From: Lingula anatina
Taxonomy: Eukaryota > Animalia > Brachiopoda
Direction: 5' to 3'
Assembly (NCBI GenBank): GCA_051362555.1
Contig: CM120640.1
Location: 4,588,001-4,652,000, forward strand
DNA: 64,000 nucleotides
Shown: positions 53,813 through 64,000 of the stretch, piece after piece
Layout: every line of letters starts with the position of its first letter
Numbering within the stretch: position 1 is the first letter of the stretch
The notes under the pieces: generated by a model
The model's input: only the letters and a program-made list of their open reading frames with translations
Databases searched by the model: none
What the model was told of the DNA's origin: nothing
Translations under genes and position numbers: made by a program

Positions 53813-54100
53813 CTTTTCAAAGAATACGGGAAAGCTGCTGAGTATGCCAGCGTTGCAGTTTTTCGAAGACTCTTCTATACACGTTGCAGTATGCAAATGT
53901 GCGTGACAACTGTCTCCATCATGCTAAATTTATATTCTGCAAACTTTAGAACCAATCATCGATGGCGAAAGTCCATCTCATATGCTGGTTGCAGGGCAAG
54001 CCATCATTGCTGCCGTCAACAAATGCGGTGCGGGCGGAGGGCACGATTGCGATCACGGATGATCGATGGAACAGGGGCGTCAGACAGTGTATGAAAAGAG
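53813..54100 (-). other. gcm: Probable 5'UTR first exon of gcm (upstream boundary approximate)
   Basis: The gcm ATG exon has an acceptor (tttttcag) only 7 nt before the ATG (49849), so an upstream exon is needed. A strong donor AAG|GTGAGT lies at 53813/53812 in a CpG-rich segment. Confidence 0.55.
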
Positions 54101-55598
54101 GAGGGAGGAGCGAATCACCGTAGGACATACCCCTAAACCCTGCCATTTACATGTCAAACGACAGAGTAGTCCTTAGCATCAAACAGGTTGACAGCACACC
54201 CATGTCATCACGTTAGTCTGACAGTGTTACTCCAAAGTCGGCAAACTTCAAGTCTGTTGCACGCTTATGAAATTAAAGATGGGAACCGCAGAGGTAGTCA
54301 GCCTGAAGTAGTACCTTATTTGTTGCATTAATCAATAGGCACTTCCTAGCATAACCATCCTGCATTCTGTAAAGTATACTATCTCATCTACAAAGTTCTG
54401 TCTGATTTTCGCATCAAAGGAAATACCCAATACCTAATAGTTGCAAGAACGCATTAAAAAACGAACAATTAGATTTTATGGTAAGATTCTGAACAGCGAC
54501 CCTAACGTAGCGAGGTTTTATACAATTCTGATGAGGTAAAGATATCAGATTTTTAACTCAAAATTAAATATGCTTGATAGCATTAGTCTCTTTTACTAAC
54601 AGAGAAGAATAGTGCCATATCAGTTCTCACTACTAAGTCTCAAATTCTTTTCTGATATCTATTTCTTCCTGTGATATTGAGGGAATCAGTCTGTACCTAG
54701 ATTTCTAACATGTCGTCACCATAGACAGAAATTCAATGAAAAACATCTTTATTGAAATGGTGTCACATGGCAAAACAAGTCAGTCAGGCTTTTTACATAT
54801 CACACAGAAACTTTCACAGATGCAAAACATACAACCATGACACCCATGTGAGTCCATTTTTCTGGCAGTTAAATTTTGATAATAACGCATCCGGAGCTTT
54901 ATTTCAACACTTGATCATTTTGTTGTTGTTCTAGTATAAATCACCCGTATCTTTCTGATTCAAATGGATAGAAATGACGACCAGCATACTGATTATCTAT
55001 TGAGTCCTACGCTCCCATGAATTTTTAATGATTTTTCATATATGTCGCACATAAGTAACGTTCAGCTGTTCACTCTGTATAAAGGTAATTAGGTCTCGGA
55101 TATTTTAGAAGCATTATCATCAGAAACAGAAAAATACTGTAGTGCTGTGGGATGACGTGACATTTCTCCAGCTCCTTCCCTCCTAGAAAAATAACAAATG
55201 TAGCTGTGCACTCTTTTGTATTGGCTAATACTTTGGTCCGGGGTTAATCTTAATACTAATCCTTAGCTAAGTACAAGTCGCAATACTTACAAGCCACAAA
55301 GAATGTGGCTGTTAGTTTTGCCTCTCAGCAGTGCTACTTGCTTACGGCTCTAGTAACAACTACCCCACCCCCTTATTGTCAACAGCCTGCGTAAGTGGCC
55401 ACGAAATTATCTATGACACATCGACGTACTTCGTTTCATGCAATTGCTGATATTTCTCCTGTTGACAAACTCGCTATTGCTTTGGACCAGTGGTATTCAT
55501 GTCCGAGAACAACTAAATACTTCACTGGGTTATTCTGTATTAATATAGTATTAATGATCCCCTCTTCCATCCTCCATCCCTCCCTCCTTCTCTCTCTC

Positions 55599-55622
55599 AG
55601 AGAGAGAGAGAGAGAGAGAGAG
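55599..55622. repeat. (GA)n microsatellite preceded by a CT-rich tract
   Basis: Direct reading. Confidence 0.9.
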
Positions 55623-56541
55623 TTGGTCTGCTGGAGAGGGCGGACTAGGCAGGTAACCACATCTTATGATTTCCGACCGGTTATGTCAGCATAGTGCTTT
55701 GGTCATTCATTAGATGGGGATAAGTTACCGGTGATGGGAAGGCCTAACTGCCGTTCCCAGTCTATTATCCGCCCAGATTTACCCGTTACCGTATAATTAG
55801 CCAACAAATACCGAGCAATCAGAGCTGTAGTTACCCGTGAAAACCATACCTATACGATAACAGAAAACATGACTTGCGTCAAGATGTAAGTGATTTATGA
55901 AAAGAGAAAGTTCGTTCAGTGATATCGCAAAGGTAAATACAGAGGTAAATAAAAAAACCTGAATTACACGTTAAAGAAACACAAAACTGTATTATAATCA
56001 GGATATAATTTTTTACTTTTTCTATTCTTTTAAATTTAGTCTTTCATACATAAAAGGGAATTCATTGAGTTGTTATAGCAAAAGACAATATGCTTAAAAA
56101 GACGAAGAAAAAGTGAAGAAGAAGCTGTTTTTCAAGGGTCAAATCCCGAGAAACAAAATAGGCCTATGTTTAAATGGGTTGGAATTTGTTTGTTATTAAT
56201 TTCCGGGGACATATTTATTTGGTGAAGTGCTGTTTGATAACCATTGAATTGCTGCATGAGAGACCTGTCATAATTCAAGTGCCACCATAAACATCGTTGT
56301 TTAGCTAAAATATCTAACACAATAGTGCCTGTTTGTGTACGAGAAGACTCCCTTTGATGCATTCTATTTTAAATCGGTGTAAAGAAAATCACGTCATTAA
56401 TTTTGTTTTATTCCTTAAGCTTCTATGCAACAAGTGCAATTATCAAATTTGCATCACTAAATAGTTTTTAAAACTCATATAGCCTATAATCTACAGTTTA
56501 ACAACATTTGAAATGCGAATATAATACCATAACAGTTAAAT

Positions 56542-56709
56542 CAGAGGCGGATTTAGGCCGTCTTCTGGGTCTTCCGGAAGACGGTCAGATTTTCAAGTTT
56601 ACATTGATGGGTATCCAATTTTTCCTGTTGGAAGACGGTCAAAATTGGAGGATGAATCAACAAAGATAATTTGGAAGACTGTCAGTAAATAGCTCTGGAT
56701 CCGCCCCTG
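56542..56709 (+). mobile_element. MITE family A copy, 5-bp TSD TAAAT
   Basis: cagaggcggat...atccgcccctg; taaat at 56537-56541 and 56710-56714. Confidence 0.9.
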
Positions 56710-58779
56710 TAAATTGTGATTGCTTGGGCACAGATTAGTCCTATCTTAATTTACATATTAGAATTAGGTCTACATTGATTGATTTGTCAGCTATCTGTAG
56801 GCATGTGAGTGATATTCCTTACATTGTAGATTGACCATTTTAAATAATTTTCATTGGTGTTCAGTCCTGTCCAGTTTTGAAGAAACTCATAGCGGGGACA
56901 GTCAAATATACAGCCTCAACTTCAAGTTATATATGATGTAAAACTAAAAAGTCATGTTATTAGAAACGCTTTCCATTCCCCACTCGAGGACAAAAAGAGT
57001 CCGTGAAGTAGTTTGCTTTTCAGACTCCCTGTCGAAAAAAAAAGCAGTTTCGTCACAGCTTGACCCACCTAGAACAATAAACGGTTTAAAATGACACCAC
57101 GTAAGAATAAAGTCTTTTGCGCAAAGTGATCGGGTAAGTATTGGAACCGCGAAATAATATCGCACGCAATCGACACCTCACGATCCAGTTCATAGGTCAT
57201 TTTTCTTTTCCCTTCAGGATGCAAATACACGTCTGAGTGGCACACGTCTTCAATTGGTTCAAGTATCAATGTGAGCCTTCAAGCAAACACCGATGAACCG
57301 ATAAATATATATGCGTTCCAAATTTAAACGACCCTGTTATAATCATTTGTGTAATTGTCCCAGAGTTAGGACTTGGGTACTCCGTAAGAAATCAGTTATT
57401 GTTCGAAGATCGACTTTTCACCTCTTGTCTTAATTCTAGTGCCTTCAAGGCGGCAAAGACAGTTGTGAGAGTGGGAGGGTGTTTGCATGACATAATGAGA
57501 TCAGGCCAGTCGGGATTATTGCCCACCATTATGATATCGAATCCTTGGACACAAACGATGTGCACTTCTGTAGGGTGACTGGACAACTGTGTGTTCTAGA
57601 TTTATGTCAGTCTAATTAAAACATAGGTCTATGAAGGGGGAGGGGTAGAGGGGGCGCGACCGCTAAAGTTTCATTTTCCTACATCACCCCGGCTATCACC
57701 TCACCCCTTCAACTCGACCTTTTCCCGTAACTTACAGCGCCTGTGTTTGTATATCTTTAATTTGATACAGCAGCCGATATCCGACACGTGGAATATTTGT
57801 TTTTGTCTGTTAAACAGACAAATTGGAAACCTAAAGCATGCCACTGTTTACTGCTTTGGGATTACACAATTTTCTTAGGATTTGTAAATTTGTACTTGCA
57901 TTTGTGTTTTTATTGTGGCACGTATTGCAAGTTGCATTTTCTTTGACGATAAAGGGGTCGAATTGTGAGGGGGGGGGGGGTCACTGCATTTCTTAGATTC
58001 CACAATGGTTCCAGTCCGTTCAAAATCATTGAACTTCTGTCGGTTCTGTAATCGCGTTCTGTAATCGCATCGTGTGATGCGTGATCTCATATTTTTAAAC
58101 CAACACACCCCGCTTAATTTATTTACACACAGCTTCTTTGTGTAAAGACTTATGTCCGACACCTTGCGCAAAACTGGTTTTCTTTAGACAGAACTAAACC
58201 CAGTGGCCCTTCGGTTTCTGAAAAATTGAAATTAGAATTTTGATTGGTGAAACAAGTTCTAAACCGTACCAAAGGGCACCGTTTTACCCTCAAAAACATA
58301 AAAAAAAAAAAAAAAAAAAGATTTCGAGGTCTTTGAGCAGGCCCCGAACCCCACGCCAAGGGGCGATGGTCGGCTGGGCATCCGAGGCTGTCGTTCAGAA
58401 CCCCCCCTCAAATAATCCTGGATCTCCCCCTGTAAAGCAATCACTGTCCTTTACTTTTATTCAAGTTTTCATCTTATGAAAATATGTGTTAATCTAATGA
58501 ATCAGACTGATCAAGTGTCGATTAATTTATTCGGTCTTTGATAAGATTAAAGTTGGATTTACATTTTTATAATCTGCACGTAGTGACTACAGACTAGAAT
58601 TAATTGGCTAGTTTTGATTGTGACTTGGTGTGGTTTTCATGGTGCGAAAATACATAATAAAGGTGAGGAAAGTAAAGCGACTTAACTGTTTGACGCCTAT
58701 CATGGTCAACGGTAAGCAACCAGTCGCAACAATCGCAATGATTAGTCTCGCATTTTAACGAAATTTTACGAGATGTCGG

Positions 58780-58807
58780 CCTCTTCCGTCGCCGCCATTG
58801 CTGTATG
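58780..58807 (+). promoter_or_regulatory. RPS7: RPS7 TCT/5'TOP initiator and first exon with YY1-like GCCGCCATT
   Basis: cctcttccgtcgccgccattgct followed by candidate donors gtatgg/gtgtgt; typical ribosomal-protein gene start. Confidence 0.75.
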
Positions 58808-59205
58808 GTGTGTAATGATTAAATCTGTATTAGATAATCTTTATTTTCTCGGCTGGTAGACAAAGTTAGGTCAAGATTCGTACTTGAATGTTTAATCACA
58901 CATGTATATTCAATTCTATGTACCATAAGATGAAAGATGGGTTGTAACAATGGAGATTGAAGACGATTGTGCAGACTTAAAATGAAACCAACACATCAAT
59001 ACACATAATAGTATTTCTCTCGTAATTCACACAAGGCTTAGATGAATCCAAAGCTTCAATTTGTGACAACTCCCCGTTGAACAATAAACCAACGCAAGTA
59101 AACGATAATGCCCATTGGGTGGCTGGTTTTAAGCAGCATGTTACAAGTCCGTAAAGTGAATGCTTGTGCACCCCATGTTTAAAGACATGTTTATGCTTAT
59201 TGCAG

Positions 59206-59849
59206 ATGTATTCGGCGAGCGCCAAAATCGTGAAGCCACAAGGCGAAAAGCCTGATGAGTTTGAATCTTCAATCTCACAGGTAAGTAAAGTCTCACGACT
59301 CTGAATGAAATTATATATTCGCCTTACTCCTTCTACATAGTAGTAAAATGTCAGTACATACATGCAACGTTGCCATCGACTGTCGTGTTGAGAGGGGCAA
59401 AGATTTATCTTCTTATTTCAACTCTCTTATTAACAACTGCAAAACATGTGAATCCTTCCGTTTTAAGTAAGTGCATCAATTATGTGACAAATCCAGTGAC
59501 ATTCAACATCTATTCACATCATTACTTCCCTGTAACATTACTCCTCTGGATCATTACTCCCTAACAGTGTACATGTTACATATTTATATGGGGAATGATG
59601 GAATCTTTACTGTTGGATGCTTACTCCCCAACAGTAAAGATTCCACCATTCCCCCTGGTAAATATATGTCATATATTTACAACAAATAGAAACCAAAGAG
59701 TGCTTAAGTAGGTGATGTGATGTTTGGTCTTTTTTAGGCTCTGTTGGAGTTGGAGATGAACAGTGACCTGAAGGCACAGCTGAGGGAGTTGTACATCTCT
59801 GGGGCCAAGGTATTGTCACTGACCTTCTGTGAAGTTAGATAGCTCCATT

Positions 59850-59881
<32 letters not shown>

Positions 59882-62800
59882 GCCTACATAATAACTTTGA
59901 AAATAACTATAAAATTGATTTAAAGGACAATGTTCATGTAAAAATCCATTTCTCGAATTTTGAAGATACAGCACTCAATCTATACACTAGAGGTATGTTT
60001 TAATCGATCCCCGCCATTTAAAAATTATAAAAACAATCTATTAGTAGAAAAAAAAGCGTTTTAGTAAACCTCACCTCAATATGCAAAAATGAAGCAACAG
60101 ATCTGGGTCACGTGGTACTGTGACGACAATCACGATAAAGGTCTATGAGACTCTGAGCTGCATGTTGCATACAGCCGGAGAAGTTAAGGAAAGTTGTGTA
60201 GAACGGAGTTGAGGAATTTTCGTTATGCCTCGGTGTGTTGCCGTGGGATTCAGCAAAATTGCAGCTCTCGTTGACAATTTTTCTTTGTCTGTGACAGTCT
60301 TCCGTGACTTACTTACTAACTTCGGTGACAATAGTTGCGATGCTCTAGATCATGGTCACCTCAGGTGGTTTAGATCATATCAAGAGCTGGTAGTCTTTCA
60401 GATTAACTGTCATCAATTGGCAAACTTACTGATTGCTGATGCATTTTAAATGCATTGTAGTTGACCAAAAGCTCGTTTACAACAAACCTGTTAATTATGC
60501 ACCGCTGCAATTCCCAAGCCAGGTAATAACAGGTATGAAACTCGTCTTGGTGGGCTTTCATATTTTTCAATATATCTCATTTATTTCATGGGGTTATTTT
60601 ATTGGTATTTGTAAATGACGTTAAATATCAATACTTAAACAATTAAGTTCAAACACGGTCGCGAACATTAATAAAAGAAATTGCTCTCAGGGTATCTTGA
60701 AGCTTCCGTGGAAGAAAACGTGTTGAGGAAAAACAGGAAAAAGAGCGTTATATTAAAGAAAAAATGGGAACTGCTATAATAAAATGGTTCGTTATCCTAA
60801 TTCGTTTATGCTTTGAGGATTTGTTTCTGAAGATTATTTCATCTGAAATATTAAATAATTTAAAAGATTGATCATTTTATAACTTGAAACGCAAATTCTG
60901 CGTCAGTACGCAATTTTTTTTTTTGCAAATTTGTAAGCTTATAACACCGTGCTATTATAAAGATCTACTCAAGAAAAAAATTTGCTTGGGTAAAATTGAG
61001 TATGGAATGAACTGGAGACACTTGGCTTGTCATTAAGTTTACACGAAAATATGTCAGGTAACTTTATACTGTCTTTGAAAGAGTAAAGATTGAAAGATAA
61101 TTTTAGACAATTGACGGGGGAAATACCTACAAAGAGTAATGGGCTATTTCGCCAACATCTTGTTGAAAATTTTACACTGCAATTCTATTCAAATAAGCTA
61201 AGGAACTAATTGCCAAATTAATACTCTCATCACGTAACAGGGGGGTAACCAGACCTGCAAAAATTGTACGCACATATTTAAAAAGATTACAAGCACATAC
61301 AGCAAAATGTAGACTTACGCAAAACATGAAGGACAGCGTACCGTAATCACAGCAAATGTACCTCATATAGTAGCTTAATTTCCATTAATAATAAAATCAT
61401 CATTTAAGTCAAAAATATTCTTGCGTTTTAATAACTATTTTAATTTACCCAGAACGGTATATTTATTTTAAAGGCGGTTAACTGAAATATAGTTTTATGA
61501 TTTGTTTGTGAAAATTGCCCATGTCACCCTGTTAGTTTGGAGGTCTAAGCTGGATCAAGTCCGTGTTAAAATTCCTATGAAGTTGTGCAGGAAAAATTCT
61601 TCCTTTCTTTCTCTAGCTCCTCGATAAACCTGGTGTTCAGATTTTATCTAGTACCCCCAGGTCTACGGGAGCTGCGCTTTGTAACTAACGCACAGGTAGA
61701 TTTTTACCTGAGATAACTGGAGTAAAGCTTAGATAGAGAGTGCGTTCGATACAAGCAAGACAAATTGAATGCCATTTAACCCTCTAATTAAGAGGTAAAG
61801 GAAGTTCCAGTTAGATGGATGATTAAGATAGGACTTGTCAAGGTAACGGGCATTGTTTACCTCAGTTTAATAAAAGTATGCAAGACGGAGTGTCAGCGGT
61901 TTAATAAAATAAATTGAATTTCACAAATAACATGGACCTCATATGCAATAATCAACATTTCCCTTAACTCATTCAAATGCAGTGTTTTATACAACTTGGG
62001 ATAACCATAATGAAATGCTTGTTAAAGAAATGACTAGACGGGAAATGGTTTTACACAGCTTCACGAGGATTTAGACCCCTCGGGTAAGAGATTTGAATGA
62101 GTATAAACTTTTATCAGAAGCCAGATAGAGAAGTCATCTTACAGGTAGACAATGCAGCTCAGTTTGACCGCTAAGCACGCTCTGTTCTCCAGTGGCTCGA
62201 TTGTCGTCATTGGACCACGTGACCACGTAGCTCATTAACTCCCAGGCCGAGCAAATAGGACGTTTTTTAAAGCCAAAAATTTACAAAATGAGCTTTTAAT
62301 TTGTGTATTTGGATTAAGATATCGTTAGTTGGGCATGTTTTCTGAAGAATATGTTCCGTTCAGGCCATTCTGACGGCATGAAGCAAACCCTTTAAGTAAG
62401 TTTTATTATATCACCTTGCACCTTCTTCTGGGGTGCACCCTGCAGGTATATTTGATCTTACTTGATTTTATGTATAGTTCCAATCTAATCAGCAATATAA
62501 AATTTCAACATGCCAGCTGATATATTACTTTTTTTTTTTTTTTACACAACCTTAGGAAATTGATGTCCAGGGCAAGAAGGCGATCATCATCTTTGTACCA
62601 GTACCTCAGTTGAGGGCATACCAGAAGATTCAGACTAGATTAGTCAGAGAACTGGAGAAGAAGTTCAGTGGAAAACATGTGGTTTTCATTGCACAGGTAG
62701 ATTGGATTCATATTTTACTTTGCTCTAATCAGTGCCTGTAGTAAAAAAGTGCAATATATATAAATATATATCAGCAGTAGATCTGATGTTGTGTAAATAA

Positions 62801-63452
62801 TAGTGTTTGCAGATATTTTTACTTTCATTTGAAATTGCAAAACTGGTTTTGTTTCCAGGAGGGCCATGTTATCTTGGTGTTGAATTTGAAGAAGTTTTAT
62901 ACTGAATATTTGTGATTAATTTTTCTAGAGACGTATTCTGCCAAAACCAACCAGGAAAACCAGGACCAAGAACAAGCAGAAGAGGCCAAGAAGGTAGTTT
63001 ACTTATGCGGTTCAATAACTACATAAGTGTCCAATTATCTGCAGTGTTAAGTGTATATCTACTAAATAATAGTATAATTTTTCTTTTTATGCTTATATGA
63101 GGTTTATAGGGATCGGGTAAAATTTTGCATTGCTCCACTTGGGTTCATACATGGACTGCTGTTCTTTAATTAAAACATGCTAATACTTAGTGCAGAAAAA
63201 AATTAAATTGAGGAGGAAAAACTGTTTTTACATGTAAGATATAAAAGTCTTCAAAATGTACATTATGATATATTTTAAAAAGTGAATATTTTAATTTGCA
63301 GCCGGACTCTGACAGCAGTCCATGATTCAATCCTGGATGACCTGTGTTACCCTGCAGAAATTGTTGGCAAGAGAATCCGTGTAAAATTGGATGGCTCCAG
63401 GCTTATCAAGGTTCATCTGGATAAAAACCAACAGACAAATATTGAACATAAG
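59206..63452 (+). CDS. RPS7: 40S ribosomal protein S7 (eS7); last exon beyond the window
   Basis: Exons 59206-59280, 59738-59809, 62556-62696, 62929-62993, 63302-63452: [25 protein letters not shown]|[24 protein letters not shown]|[19 protein letters not shown]...[11 protein letters not shown]|[10 protein letters not shown]...|SRTLTAVHD...[22 protein letters not shown]...EHK. Confidence 0.98.
59924..62391 (+). mobile_element. Kolobok-type DNA transposon derivative (about 2.47 kb) in an RPS7 intron, with decayed THAP-like start
   Basis: TTAA|AGGacaatgTTCATG...CATGAAgcaaacCCT|TTAA; inverted subterminal GGTCACGTGGT (60106-60116) and ACCACGTGACC (62214-62224); ORF at 60225 begins [11 protein letters not shown]. 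Confidence 0.75.
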
Positions 63453-63470
63453 GTTAGACTTATTGTTAAT

Positions 63471-64000
63471 TGTACCACCAGCGTTAGCGCTGGCGGTACA
63501 CATGGTTTCGGTCTCGTCCGGATCGTTCCGCCGGCTCCGCCGGCTCCGTCGGCTCCGCCGGCTCTGCCGGACGGCTACCGTTACCGCTTCTCCTCCTAGA
63601 CGGTAAGGCCCCCCATACCCATCTCATGGATTTAGGTCACCTATAATCTCAACTCGTTCCACGTAAAATTTGGGCTTTGTCGGTATTGGGGTCTGGGTGT
63701 GGCACTCATTGCAATGCACCCTTGTCCAAAAATGGCAAAATTAAATGCTAATTATCTACCCTACGGAAGGAGTTACGGGAAAAATTTCTACAGACGGCTT
63801 TCCAAAAGTCATATGTGTAGATTTCAAATATACCCTCGGATTTGACCTTTGACCTTTACTTCAAGGTCAAATGGGCCAAAATTTTCAAAAAAATGAAATT
63901 TTTTACGAAAAAAAAATTTTTTGCCCTGTTATTCAGACACCACACAGACTTAACCAATAATATTATTGGAAAGTGTTACCCTTCAGGTCATCTTTCATCT
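63471..64000 (+). mobile_element. 5' part of a second HINE-like family in the last visible RPS7 intron
   Basis: Hairpin TGTACCACCAGCG-ttag-CGCTGGCGGTACA, 9-mer GC-rich microsatellite (CCGGCTCCG)n, and tgacctttgacct...caaggtca motif typical of such internal repeats. Confidence 0.7.

Noticed and set aside
55733-55761. Inverted GATGGGAA/TTCCCAGT resembling a Su(H) paired site
   Set aside because: Both half-sites deviate from YGTGRGAA and the 13-bp spacer is shorter than canonical.
56944-57586. Cluster of short minus-strand ORFs
   Set aside because: No recognisable protein family; splice signals favour the opposite strand.
58808-63301. Intronic snoRNAs expected in a ribosomal protein gene
   Set aside because: No clear C/D or H/ACA structure seen by eye; an Infernal/Rfam scan is needed to exclude them.

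Overview
AT-rich, intron-containing animal genomic DNA, probably an invertebrate; the repeat content suggests a lophotrochozoan such as a mollusc, but this is inference. Four conserved genes can be reconstructed by hand from GT-AG exons with consistent phases: Elongin C (ELOC, minus, 3' end outside the window), a complete RB1CC1/FIP200 autophagy scaffold (plus, 26 coding exons, about 1501 aa), a complete glial cells missing transcription factor (gcm, minus, 5 coding exons, about 621 aa) and RPS7 (plus, last exon outside the window). Non-coding DNA holds non-autonomous DNA transposons: CAG/CTG-terminal MITEs with 5-bp TSDs, Harbinger-like foldback MITEs, TTAA-targeting Kolobok elements (one with a THAP remnant) and Helentron-associated HINE/DINE-like elements with internal tandem arrays. 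I found no wholly new gene system. The best leads are regulatory: GCM and Su(H) sites in gcm's own introns, RB1CC1 introns that expand only at the end facing gcm, a frameshifted duplicate RB1CC1 exon with an intact acceptor, a possible ATF4-like uORF arrangement in the RB1CC1 leader, and a candidate spliced lncRNA divergent from gcm. All coordinates were read by eye and should be confirmed computationally.
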